From a bacterium (lineage in GTDB: Bacteria; Patescibacteriota; Patescibacteriia; Patescibacteriales; GWC2-42-12): 50,874 nt of DNA. The notes below the pieces were generated by a model. That model ran no database searches. It saw nothing but the letters and a program-made list of their open reading frames with translations, and was not told where the DNA came from. Shown here in pieces: positions 8,016 to 16,361 of this stretch. The first letter of the stretch is position 1, and each line of letters begins with the position of its first letter. Location of the stretch: assembly GCA_030650415.1 (NCBI GenBank), contig JAUSEG010000006.1, positions 1 through 50,874 on the forward strand. The letters are read 5' to 3'. A program made the position numbers and the translations under genes.

Positions 8016-8726
8016 ATGGAAAACAAAATTAAAGAGCTGCGTGATTTTTATCTTTTAGACGGCAAGCTACTATACGTTTCCAAAGACTTTATTGGTTTTG
8101 ACCCGATTATTGGTAAAGGGTTATCTTATGAGCGCAATAAAAAAGAAAATACCACAATCAAGCTTGATAAATTTAAAATCGGGGAAACTTCTTTTAATGT
8201 TGTTTTGACTAGCTTTATGGATTGGGGTCCGTTAAGGGGTTATCATCGAGCAGAAATATTAAAAAATGGCTATAGCATTATAAATTATGAACACGGCGGC
8301 ATGGGGCATGGGTCTAACTATTGTAAAGGTGATTATTTTCACAAAGAAAATAAAGACGCTTTTTTACTCAAAAATGGTTATGCGCTTAAAGATAGATTAA
8401 GTGATAAAATTTATTTAGATCTTAACGGCAATAATGATTATCTGTTTTGGTTTAAGAATATAGTTATACCGACTAAGGGCAAAAATTGGCCAGCCGATGG
8501 CAGAGCGTTAGAAAATAACCGCTCCTATATTTGCGCTGAAATAGAATCTCTAAGGCAAATTCAATGGGAAGCGAATGTAAATTTTAGCAATCACCATATT
8601 TATATCAAAAAGACAGCTGTGCCGTATTGCTCACTTGTTTATTGGAGATCGGCCGATGATTATCAAATATATAGAAAAGATAGTTGGCAGACGGCGCTTG
8701 ATAAAATAGAGCTCATATTCATATAA
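8016..8726 (+). CDS. Hypothetical soluble protein (236 aa) under SAM-I riboswitch control
   Basis: Track ORF and first gene after the riboswitch. It contains HGGMGHGSNYCKGDYFH. No TM segment or known motif recognised. Confidence 0.6.
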   Translation: MENKIKELRDFYLLDGKLLYVSKDFIGFDPIIGKGLSYERNKKENTTIKLDKFKIGETSFNVVLTSFMDWGPLRGYHRAEILKNGYSIINYEHGGMGHGSNYCKGDYFHKENKDAFLLKNGYALKDRLSDKIYLDLNGNNDYLFWFKNIVIPTKGKNWPADGRALENNRSYICAEIESLRQIQWEANVNFSNHHIYIKKTAVPYCSLVYWRSADDYQIYRKDSWQTALDKIELIFI

Positions 8727-8756
8727 AGCTGATTAAATAATTAAAATTTATTAAAT

Positions 8757-8981
8757 ATGATTATTCCAAATTTAGGGCAATATAAGTCAGTAGGCGAATG
8801 GTATGACCATTTTATAACTAACGGCTATGCTATACCTTTATCTTTATGCAACGGCTTGACATGGGTTATGAAAAGACATAATTTTACCTTTGCTCAAGCA
8901 TTTGAATTCTTAGAGAAGAATGAAAAAATTATATTAGCCGGTAGATCATTTATCTATGACATGTCTGGCGACGGACTATAA
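8757..8981 (+). CDS. Hypothetical protein (74 aa)
   Basis: Track ORF lying 30 nt after the previous stop on the same strand. Confidence 0.45.
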   Translation: MIIPNLGQYKSVGEWYDHFITNGYAIPLSLCNGLTWVMKRHNFTFAQAFEFLEKNEKIILAGRSFIYDMSGDGL

Positions 8982-9134
8982 TTGATTTAATTTACTAATT
9001 TCTGATGTAATAGCTTATTTTACAGCAAGTATTAGACTTTTTTAGGTTGACTTAGAGATTCAAGGGTGGTAGATTAAGAATATAAGTTTTACATTTTTGG
9101 ACATAAAATTAGGTAGATTATTTTATTAAATAAT

Positions 9135-9293
9135 ATGTCAGAAGAAAAAGACGAGCTTTATAATCAAGTTAAAATAAAACTAGTTGGAATGAAAACAATT
9201 TCAGCAAATTTTTTAAAGCAAAAGTATGATATACGTTTATCAGAAGCGGCCGAAATTTTAGATAGACTAAAAGAAGATGAGTTAATCTTATAA
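9135..9293 (+). CDS. Small wHTH protein resembling an FtsK gamma domain (52 aa)
   Basis: ATG at 9135 and TAA at 9291. MSEEKDELYNQVKIKLVGMKTISANFLKQKYDIRLSEAAEILDRLKEDELIL follows the D.LY...S...LQ....I....A..I.D.LE pattern of FtsK-gamma. A TTGACT-N17-TAGATT promoter-like site lies at about 9047-9075. Confidence 0.45.
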   Translation: MSEEKDELYNQVKIKLVGMKTISANFLKQKYDIRLSEAAEILDRLKEDELIL

Positions 9294-9298
9294 TATTT

Positions 9299-9700
9299 AT
9301 GAATATTTATTTAGATATTGACGGTGTTTTAATTCATGATTCATTAAAAAATTACCAGAAAATTGCTAACGGGGCGGTAGATTTTCTGCGAATGATTACT
9401 GATAAGCATAATTGCTATTGGCTGACTACACATTGCAAGGGCGACACTATACATACATTAGAATATTTAAATGATAGATTGCCAGTTGAAGCTAGGCAAT
9501 ATATTAATTTAATTAAACCGACTAATTGGCGAACATGGAAAACTGAAGCAATTAATTTCAGCCAGGATTTCCGCTGGATAGACGACGAGACATATGAGCC
9601 GGAACTTGAAAAATTACGCGAACACCATAGTGAAGACAAGTTGATTCGCGTTAATCTTGAGCAAAACCCGAATTTTCTTAAAGATATTTATTTTTCATAA
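9299..9700 (+). CDS. Small stand-alone HAD-like hydrolase
   Basis: N-terminal YLDIDGVLIHD is the DxDGV nucleophile motif. The protein is 133 aa. Confidence 0.6.
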   Translation: MNIYLDIDGVLIHDSLKNYQKIANGAVDFLRMITDKHNCYWLTTHCKGDTIHTLEYLNDRLPVEARQYINLIKPTNWRTWKTEAINFSQDFRWIDDETYEPELEKLREHHSEDKLIRVNLEQNPNFLKDIYFS

Positions 9701-9743
9701 CCCTAATTACAGATGGGTTTTTTCGTATTAAATTATATTAAGT

Positions 9744-10394
9744 ATGTTAGAAAAATTTTGGGATAAAAATAAACATATCATTAATCTTGCGGCTATTCTT
9801 GTGGCAGTTGGTGCAATATTTTTGACAATCCCGCTTCCTCAAAATGAAGAAGCAAAAAAGTATTTAATAAATGTACAACTTTTTTGGTTAGTCATTATTT
9901 CGATAATGATTGTTGTTATTTTAGTATTATTTTATTTATTTTCAATAGAAATAGAAAAGAAAATAGAAGAGAAAAAATTTAATATAAACGGAGCATTATC
10001 AACCCTTATTTTTATGTCAGCATTATGGTTTATGGGCAATTTGTGGAAGTATATATTAGTATTGTATAAAGAACAATATTTAAAGCTCGCATCTAACTTG
10101 GGGTATGCAATAACTTTATTTTATTTTGGGTTACTTGTTTTTGTCAGCGAAAAAATTATACCATACTATTTCTCCAATAATAAAAAAAAGTTTTTTTCAT
10201 TATTCGCAATTACAGCTCTGTTGGGTTCTATGGGCGTAGCCTTTATTGAAGCCATTATAAATTTAAATTTTGATATTATTGACTGGGTCTTTGCTACAGA
10301 AATTAAAGTGATTAGTAGTATTATTATAATTTTTATAAAATGCGAAATTACAATCAGAAGAACAAAAAATATTAAGGGCAAAAATCCTCAATAA
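9744..10394 (+). CDS. Multi-pass membrane protein, hypothetical
   Basis: Track ORF of 216 aa with five to six hydrophobic segments. Confidence 0.55.
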   Translation: MLEKFWDKNKHIINLAAILVAVGAIFLTIPLPQNEEAKKYLINVQLFWLVIISIMIVVILVLFYLFSIEIEKKIEEKKFNINGALSTLIFMSALWFMGNLWKYILVLYKEQYLKLASNLGYAITLFYFGLLVFVSEKIIPYYFSNNKKKFFSLFAITALLGSMGVAFIEAIINLNFDIIDWVFATEIKVISSIIIIFIKCEITIRRTKNIKGKNPQ

Positions 10395-10671
10395 TTAAAA
10401 AGTATATTGCCCCCCGTTGATTGAACCAGGATTATTATCACTACCGAGCACATTAATTTTGTGGTATAATGTGTATAAGTCAATAACTTCTTAAATGTTA
10501 GCAAATTTTGCTAATTTAATAATAGCCTAATGTAAAAGAGTTAAAGTTTCCAAACAAGCCCTTGACTTTTTTTATTTATTGTCTTAAGATAGTTATTCAT
10601 TGAAAATTTTTTATTTAGTGTTAGGGTAAAGAATTTATAGTTATTAAGTTTTTTCTTTTTCAAGCTTTGAG

Positions 10672-10845
10672 TTAGTTGCCACCCTTAGTCGGTCTCACTA
10701 AAATTACCTTCTGAAGGTGGCCTGGTGTATTAGGCGGCACAACGTCGCCCTTAGATAATGCTAATTCAGTTTCCCTCCCTACATATCTGTAAATCCCTGA
10801 TTGCGGTGTCCTAGTGCCAGTTTTGGCTGAAATTTGTTTGGACAT
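10672..10845 (-). CDS. Small YjzC-like protein (57 aa)
   Basis: ATG at 10845 and TAA at 10674-10672. MSKQISAKTGTRTPQSGIYRYVGRETELALSKGDVVPPNTPGHLQKVILVRPTKGGN follows the G.K.P.SGIY....G.E..L.KGD..PP pattern that I associate with YjzC-family proteins. Confidence 0.5.
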   Translation of the reverse strand: MSKQISAKTGTRTPQSGIYRYVGRETELALSKGDVVPPNTPGHLQKVILVRPTKGGN

Positions 10846-10897
10846 ATTTTATTTCTTTATGTTTTTTCTTCACCCCAACACGAAATAAAAAATTCAC

Positions 10898-11245
10898 ATA
10901 ATGCGATCGTCCTGGTCAAGTTATGTTAATTAATACAAACAACAAACGAAAGGAACTGTTACAAGCAGTTCTTTTTGTTTTTATTTTTATTTACGCCGGT
11001 TATCGTTAGGCCGGGAATTTTAAATATGAGGAGCTTTTTGGAAAAATAGCTTTTCCAGCCCTCATAATATAATTACACAGCATCCAATCGGTTCCGTCCT
11101 TTTCGGTAATTAAGAAGCATACCTGTGAAGGCAGCTTTTCTTTTTTTTCTTCCATAAATTTCTGTTTCGCCCGTCACTCAAAATTGGGTTGTATAAGCCC
11201 GTTTAAATGGCGGGCTTTCTTATTTGGCCAGAACGATCGCATTAT
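10898..11245. repeat. 22-bp inverted repeat pair (2 mismatches) enclosing 304 bp
   Basis: ATAATGCGATCGTCCTGGTCAA at 10898-10919 pairs with TTGGCCAGAACGATCGCATTAT at 11224-11245. Each arm reads outward like a TTGNCC...CATTAT promoter sharing a CGATCG core. Confidence 0.7.
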
Positions 11246-11267
11246 ATAAATTTTTAAACGAACAAAA

Positions 11268-11388
11268 AAACTACTGAATTGGCGGAACTTCATAGGGTGA
11301 GAATTAGTCCAATTTTCACCCTAAGATGTGAGGTCATAGGGCTATCCATTTAGATTTCCCCTATGAAGCACCACCGATTAAGTAGTTT
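11268..11388. ncRNA. Candidate structured RNA: 30-position closing helix around a 60-nt core
   Basis: 11268-11297 pairs with 11359-11388 (25 Watson-Crick pairs, 1 G-U, 4 mismatches). CATAGGG occurs twice (11291, 11335) and competes for a single CCCTATG (11359). An internal hairpin GGGTGA/TCACCC is also present. No known RNA class recognised. Confidence 0.35.
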
Positions 11389-11516
11389 CTGCCTTGGTCT
11401 GGCAAACGTCCGCCTGCTTCTCCTCACAAGAAGCAAAAATAAAATTTTAATGTTCCGTGATTATATTTTAACATGCTATAAATAGCTGTCAAGTTTAACG
11501 GCCTACATATTGTCGG

Positions 11517-11545
11517 GTCAGCTTTCCGTCAAGCTGACTTTATTT
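11517..11545 (+). terminator. Intrinsic terminator-like hairpin
   Basis: GTCAGCTT, loop TCCGTC, AAGCTGAC, followed by TTTATTT. Confidence 0.5.
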
Positions 11546-11820
11546 AATATAGCCCAATTTATTTAGTTTTGCGGGCTTATTTAAACTATCCGGTAGATGC
11601 TGTAGAGTTTGGTAAATATGTAATCTGGGGGCGAGAATTAACAAATTTAACCCATTATGGTAGACTAATCCTGTGCTCTTAGATCAGGTATATGAATGTA
11701 ACTATTAACTCGTTGGCAGGAAGTTCTAACTTCCTCTACGACTCGGAGCATTACTTAATGAAACGAACTCATTGTTAGTTTTCTGCCTTAAGGCAGAAAA
11801 ATTTTCAGGCAGGGAAAGAG

Positions 11821-11851
11821 CCCCGCCCCGCACTTCGGGGGCGGGGTTTTC
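11821..11851 (+). terminator. Strong intrinsic terminator
   Basis: CCCCGCCCC, loop GCACTTCG, GGGGCGGGG, followed by TTTT. Confidence 0.7.
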
Positions 11852-11935
11852 GGTTTGGAGCGAATTAAAAAAGTTTTAAACTATTTAATAAAAAGCTTTT
11901 AAAAGCAATAATTTCCCCGCGGGCAAAGCCCGACT

Positions 11936-12232
11936 TTAGGCAATTTTAAGTTTTTTTAGCACACAGTCTAAATCATTGTCATTTTCAAAACAAAAATTTG
12001 GCTCAATCTCTTTAATAAAAAAATCAATCATTTGATCAGCCGATAAAAATAATCGAAAATGTATACCCTCGTAATTATAAATAAAAACGAGCTTTTTATT
12101 TTTTTTGTTGCTCAAAAGGATTGATTCAATAGTTCTGTTCGGTCGTAAATAATTTGTATCTAACATAGTTATTGTGTTCATAAATTTCTCTATTATTATT
12201 TTGTTATGCCTTCTTAAATTTAAAACTGCCAA
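11936..12232 (-). CDS. Hypothetical protein (98 aa; true start may be the internal ATG at 12181)
   Basis: Track ORF, divergent from the XRE gene. No motif recognised. Confidence 0.4.
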   Translation of the reverse strand: MAVLNLRRHNKIIIEKFMNTITMLDTNYLRPNRTIESILLSNKKNKKLVFIYNYEGIHFRLFLSADQMIDFFIKEIEPNFCFENDNDLDCVLKKLKIA

Positions 12233-12388
12233 AGAACCCTAAAAAATATCGGCTCGAACTTCATTTTAAGCTAAAAGCAACCTTTTCTTATGCTCATCCG
12301 CAAACCTTAACACCACCCCTTGATTTTGATATTCCAGTTTGGCATATTACACTATGGAATATAAAATTTAAGTATTAATAAAATAAGT

Positions 12389-12613
12389 ATGACTAAAACA
12401 ATTTATTCAAAAGATCACAAATTTTTAGTTGAGCGGTTAAAAAAGGCCAGAATTGAGGAGAACATAGATCAAAAAAAGGCGGCCGAGCTTTTGGGCAAAA
12501 CTCAATCCTTCATCTCAAAAATTGAGGCTGGGCAAAGAAGAATAGATGTGGTTCAACTAAAAGAATTTGCGAGAGTTTATAAAAAGTCGCTCAGTTATTT
12601 TATTAAAAAATAA
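12389..12613 (+). CDS. XRE-family HTH transcriptional regulator
   Basis: IDQKKAAELLGKTQSFISKIEAGQRRIDVVQLKEFARVY is a canonical HTH_3 segment. A palindrome TATTCCA-N17-TGGAATA overlaps the putative promoter just upstream. Confidence 0.8.
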   Translation: MTKTIYSKDHKFLVERLKKARIEENIDQKKAAELLGKTQSFISKIEAGQRRIDVVQLKEFARVYKKSLSYFIKK

Positions 12614-12731
12614 TATTGATTTAGAAATTTTAAAGAAACTTTTCAAATATTATTACCCAACCGAGCATACAGACGGCTCAAAAAATCGCAGCCTGTTTGG
12701 GTATCGGCGTTGATGAATTGATAAAATAAAT

Positions 12732-13390
12732 ATGACGAAATTAAAAGATATTCCAAAATTTGATCGTCCCAGAGAGAAATTTTTGGAGAAGGGATCGGAC
12801 GCTTTAACCGATAGCGAGCTTTTGGCTATTTTGCTTGGTAGCGGGATTAAAGGAACAAATGTAAAAGTGTTGGCACAAAAGATTTTGAAAAAATTCGGAG
12901 ATAATTTATTGAACGCTTCGGTTGATGATTTGATGCAAATTTCGGGAATCGGCCAGGCAAAAGCTTTGCAAATTTCATCCGCGCTTGCGTTGACGAGGAG
13001 AATCTTTGACAAGCAAAATTCTTTGGACAATTTAATTTTATCGGCGCAGGATGCCATTGCTTTCGTTTCGGACTTGAAAGATAAAAAACAAGAACACTTG
13101 ATTTGTCTTTATTTAAACGCACGCAATGCCTTATTAAAAAAAAGACAATTTCAATCGGCACCTTGGACAAAAGTATTATTCATCCGCGAGAAATTTTCGC
13201 TCCCGGGTTGGAAATACACGCCGCCGGGGTGATACTTGTTCACAATTATCCTTCCGGTGATTCAAGCCCAAGTGAGCAAGACAAGCAAGTGGCCAAAAGG
13301 ATAATCGAGGCGGGGCAATTGATGGGTATTAATGTAGTCGATTTTTTGATCATTGCAAAAAACGGTGTGCATAGCATACTTGGCGAGATT
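12732..13390 (+). pseudogene. radC: radC-like JAB-domain gene interrupted by a -1 frame change in an A8 run
   Basis: Frame 0 gives MTKLKDIPKFDRPREKFLEKGSDALTDSELLAILLGSG...LYLNARNALLKK. The -1 frame continues TISIGTLDKSIIHPREIFAPGLEIHAAGVILVHNYPSGDSSPSEQD, which carries the JAMM HxHPSGD-like motif. The switch maps to AAAAAAAA at 13136-13143. Confidence 0.8.
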
Positions 13391-13567
13391 AAAAGTACGG
13401 AGCTGACGGATACGGAGTATGTTGCTGATGGTTCTCAATCTTCTTTGCTTGATCTGCTTGTTGATACAAAACCAGTAACTTTTTACAAAAAAAGTGAAAC
13501 CTCAGATATTAAATTTAAAATTTTAAACAACGAAAGAAGGAAAAATATTCACCAAAAATCAGAGAGC

Positions 13568-13954
13568 AAAGATTTATTTATAAATCAAATTATTTGCGGC
13601 GATGCCGTTGATGTAATGAAAAAAATCCCAGATAATACTGTGCAACTGGTGATTACTTCACCACCTTACAATTTGAAAAATTCTACAGGAAACGGGATGA
13701 AAGATGGCCGCGGTGGAAAGTGGGCGAATGCCGCTTTGCAGAAAGGTTATTCTCATCATAACGACAATATGCCTCATGATGAATATGTAAAATGGCAGAG
13801 AGATTGCCTTGCGGAAATGTTTCGGATTATCCCTAATGATGGTGCGATTTTTTATAACCACAAATGGCGAGTGCAAGGCGGTGTTTTGCAGGGGCGTCAA
13901 GATATAGTTAACGGTTTTCCGGTTCGTCAAATTATAATTAAAAATGTATTATAA
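13568..13954 (+). pseudogene. N4/N6 DNA methyltransferase, N-terminal fragment only (fused in frame to the radC -1 frame)
   Basis: INQIICGDAVDVMKKIPDNTVQLVITSPPYN carries the SPPY catalytic motif. Similarity ends at VRQIII, where a W.K is expected. The AdoMet-binding C-terminal half is absent. Confidence 0.7.
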
Positions 13955-14165
13955 ACTCATGGCTCAATTAACGAAAAAACAAATCAAAAGACAGGATTTT
14001 GTGGATAACGAAATATTTGAGTTAATTAAACGGCTGGCGCCGTCCGCGAAAATTAAATGGGATATTGAGATAATAGCGGATGTTCGAGAATCAATACGAA
14101 TACAGCTTATTAATAAGAAAAAAATAAAAAGTGAAATGGGATTTTATCCATACATAAAAATATGA
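13944..14165 (+). CDS. Hypothetical protein (73 aa)
   Basis: Track ORF. Its stop overlaps the next start (ATGA at 14162-14165). Confidence 0.4.
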   Translation: MYYKLMAQLTKKQIKRQDFVDNEIFELIKRLAPSAKIKWDIEIIADVRESIRIQLINKKKIKSEMGFYPYIKI

Positions 14166-15199
14166 AACTCGAAGTTAGAGAATCGCAAATCGAAGATGTG
14201 TTTGTGAGTGCGGGCGTTCTAACGCGTCGCATTCTCAATCTTGAAGACGAACCACGACTGCTTGTGCGACAGATGATTTTACCTTCGGGACGGCTTGATT
14301 TATTGTATGCTTACCAAACCAAACTGCTTTTAATAGAACTGAAAGCTGTTAAATTCAAGCGCGATTTTTTGGATCAAGTATTGAACTATAAGAACGAACT
14401 TTTGGAATATCAGCAAAGAGGCAAATTGTTGCAAGGCGATATCGAATCGTTCTTACTGTGTACTGAAGCAACTTCGTTAGAAAAATCTTTAGCCGAAAAA
14501 AGAGGGGTAAATCTAACCAAATATGATCCGCAAGAGGTGTTAGGTTTTTTTTATAAAAATTTCAAGCCAATTGCTTTTTTTACCAAAACAAAACCGATAG
14601 ATATAGGAATTTGGAATCTGCATTTAGTACATGAATTTATTTATCTCTTAGAGCAAACAAATTCAGTCATTCGGTTGCGTGAGTTAATTGGCGGTTCCCA
14701 AAAGACCCTATATAACAAGATCAAGTTTGCTTTTGAGTTACGTTTGATTAATTGGTTACCCAACCAAGATAAAGTTTCTTTGACGAATTTGGGTAAACAG
14801 TATGTACAGAGCAAAGATAAAATTTTGTCTCAACGAATGAGCGAGGAACAAGCGGAACTGTTGCGGAGATTTGTTATCCAAAACCCTTATGAATCGTCGG
14901 TTATTTTGGGAATTGCGGCTGTCGTTGAATCAGTTTTTGCCTTGTCTAAGAATACTTATCCAGTGCCAATGGGGCACTTGATAGAATACTTTGCTTACTT
15001 TGCAGGTAAGTATTTTGATTGGCAAACGCCCAAAGCAAAATTTAACGCCACACGAATGTATTCTAATTATGCTGTTGATTTGGGATTACTAGCAAAAACA
15101 GACAATACGGTTTACCTTACACCCGAGGGATTTCGCTTTACGGTTCAAATGCAGCTGCATAAAAGTTTTAAAATGGTAGAGTCGTTACGAGTTTTTTGA
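14162..15199 (+). CDS. PD-(D/E)xK (NucS/DUF91-like) nuclease domain protein with C-terminal helical/wHTH-like region
   Basis: GRLDLLYAYQTKLLLIELKAVKF is a D...E.K nuclease core. The protein is 345 aa. Confidence 0.55.
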   Translation: MKLEVRESQIEDVFVSAGVLTRRILNLEDEPRLLVRQMILPSGRLDLLYAYQTKLLLIELKAVKFKRDFLDQVLNYKNELLEYQQRGKLLQGDIESFLLCTEATSLEKSLAEKRGVNLTKYDPQEVLGFFYKNFKPIAFFTKTKPIDIGIWNLHLVHEFIYLLEQTNSVIRLRELIGGSQKTLYNKIKFAFELRLINWLPNQDKVSLTNLGKQYVQSKDKILSQRMSEEQAELLRRFVIQNPYESSVILGIAAVVESVFALSKNTYPVPMGHLIEYFAYFAGKYFDWQTPKAKFNATRMYSNYAVDLGLLAKTDNTVYLTPEGFRFTVQMQLHKSFKMVESLRVF

Positions 15200-15221
15200 G
15201 GATAATCACTATACTAAAGTA

Positions 15222-15386
15222 ATGATGTTGCAAAAATTTAGTTTTGAAAAATTTCTAAACGCGCTTGAGCAAGGTAAAATATTTGTAGATTTTGACGCGC
15301 GGACGGGACATAATCATGGAACAAAGTTTAGAATGAAACAAGATTGTTTGCCGATGTTGTATGAAAAAGCGACAGTAATAATTTAA
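15222..15386 (+). pseudogene. MvaI/BcnI-family restriction endonuclease, C-terminal tail only (54 codons)
   Basis: MMLQKFSFEKFLNALEQGKIFVDFDARTGHNHGTKFRMKQDCLPMLYEKATVII. The DFDART...HNHGTKFR...LY block matches my memory of the C-terminus of this family. Confidence 0.5.
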
Positions 15387-15416
15387 CCTAATTTTGATTT
15401 TTTTAGAATTTTTTGT

Positions 15417-16109
15417 TTGAAATTATTTCGGCAAGCCGGACATAGTTTTAAAAAAAATATAAAGCGGTTATTTTTCTTGACTCTTGCTTTTAGCCCGGCT
15501 GTAAAAAAATGTAAACTCCAGGCTAATCGGATTTTAGACTTTAAGTTTGCTGACAGTACTGCTTGGCGAGTAGATTTTTCCGATGTATTTGAAAAATTTG
15601 TACAATATATATTTAAAGAAGTAGCGAAAGAATCCGGCGGGCGCTTGTTGGTAAATTATAAGTTTGATGGATATTCGCCTCGACAATACGCGTGGGAATT
15701 AAATTATCTTGAACCCGATGCAATATTACAGAAAGGTAAGGCGATAGTTATTATAGACGCAAAGTATAAATCTCACCTTTACAATAAATTTGGGGCCAGC
15801 GAAATTTTAAAAGAAGAACATAGGCGAGATTTGCATCAATTATTAGCGTACGTTTCGTTTAGCAAAACCGAAACAAAATTTGGCCTCCTATGCTATCCAT
15901 CGCAAGAAATTGAAATGAAAGAAATACAGTATCGTAACCCCATAAATCAAACTCTAAATAAAATAAAAATATTTGGCCTCCCATTAAAAAATAGTAGCGT
16001 TAGTGAGGCTAAGCGATTATTGTCAAATGAGTTAATGCTAATTGAAGAATTAAGCGATAATGAATCAAGCAAAATTTTGCATAGTACTCTTATGTTAAGA
16101 GGCGCATAA
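15417..16109 (+). CDS. McrC-like PD-(D/E)xK nuclease domain protein, probably N-terminally truncated; no McrB partner
   Basis: FEKFVQYIF...LEPDAILQKGKAIVIIDAKYKS is the McrC-type nuclease core. The track start is a TTG and the N-terminal 40 aa look non-native. Confidence 0.5.
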   Translation: MKLFRQAGHSFKKNIKRLFFLTLAFSPAVKKCKLQANRILDFKFADSTAWRVDFSDVFEKFVQYIFKEVAKESGGRLLVNYKFDGYSPRQYAWELNYLEPDAILQKGKAIVIIDAKYKSHLYNKFGASEILKEEHRRDLHQLLAYVSFSKTETKFGLLCYPSQEIEMKEIQYRNPINQTLNKIKIFGLPLKNSSVSEAKRLLSNELMLIEELSDNESSKILHSTLMLRGA

Positions 16110-16315
16110 AAATAGTATGTTCCCGCCAATTTTACTGGTAAACAATTTAACGGTTTGTACGCGGAAAAATTTGAAATTTAGCTATCATAAAAAATTATGC
16201 TATAATGTGTATATCTGCGGATAAGTCTTGACAAGTAAAATTTTTTAGAGTAATGTTGCTCTACTGGAAGTATCGCAGAAATATGGATGGAATTTCTTTG
16301 ATTTTGCTAAAATCA

Positions 16316-16353
16316 CCCACTCTGCTCCCTTCGGGGGGCACGGTGGGCTTTTT
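16316..16353 (+). terminator. Hairpin plus T5 in the leader of the NYN gene
   Basis: CCCACTCTGCTCCC, loop TTCG, GGGGGCACGGTGGG (one mismatch), then C and TTTTT. It ends 9 nt before the ATG at 16362. Upstream promoter-like sites are TGCTATAAT (16198-16206) and TTGACA-N17-TAATGT (16228-16256). Confidence 0.6.
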
Positions 16354-16361
16354 GTTATATT

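Noticed and set aside
10923-11009. 28-aa hydrophobic micro-ORF (MLINTNNKRKELLQAVLFVFIFIYAGYR) as a type I toxin
   Set aside because: There is no Shine-Dalgarno sequence, and a terminator-like hairpin lies inside it. I mention it only as a possibility in the finding on the ORF-poor region.
10395-11935. tRNA, tmRNA, RNase P, SRP or 6S RNA in the ORF-poor regions (also 33324-33863)
   Set aside because: I found no T-arm GGTTCGAATCC-like box and no GGGG...CCACCA ends with a tag ORF. I also found no GAGGAAAGTCC P4 block and no GGAAGCAGCC SRP helix-8 motif. Absence judged by eye is not proof.
12653-13170. Minus-strand ORFs 12653..13057 and 12847..13170
   Set aside because: They lie antisense to the clearly recognisable radC frames.
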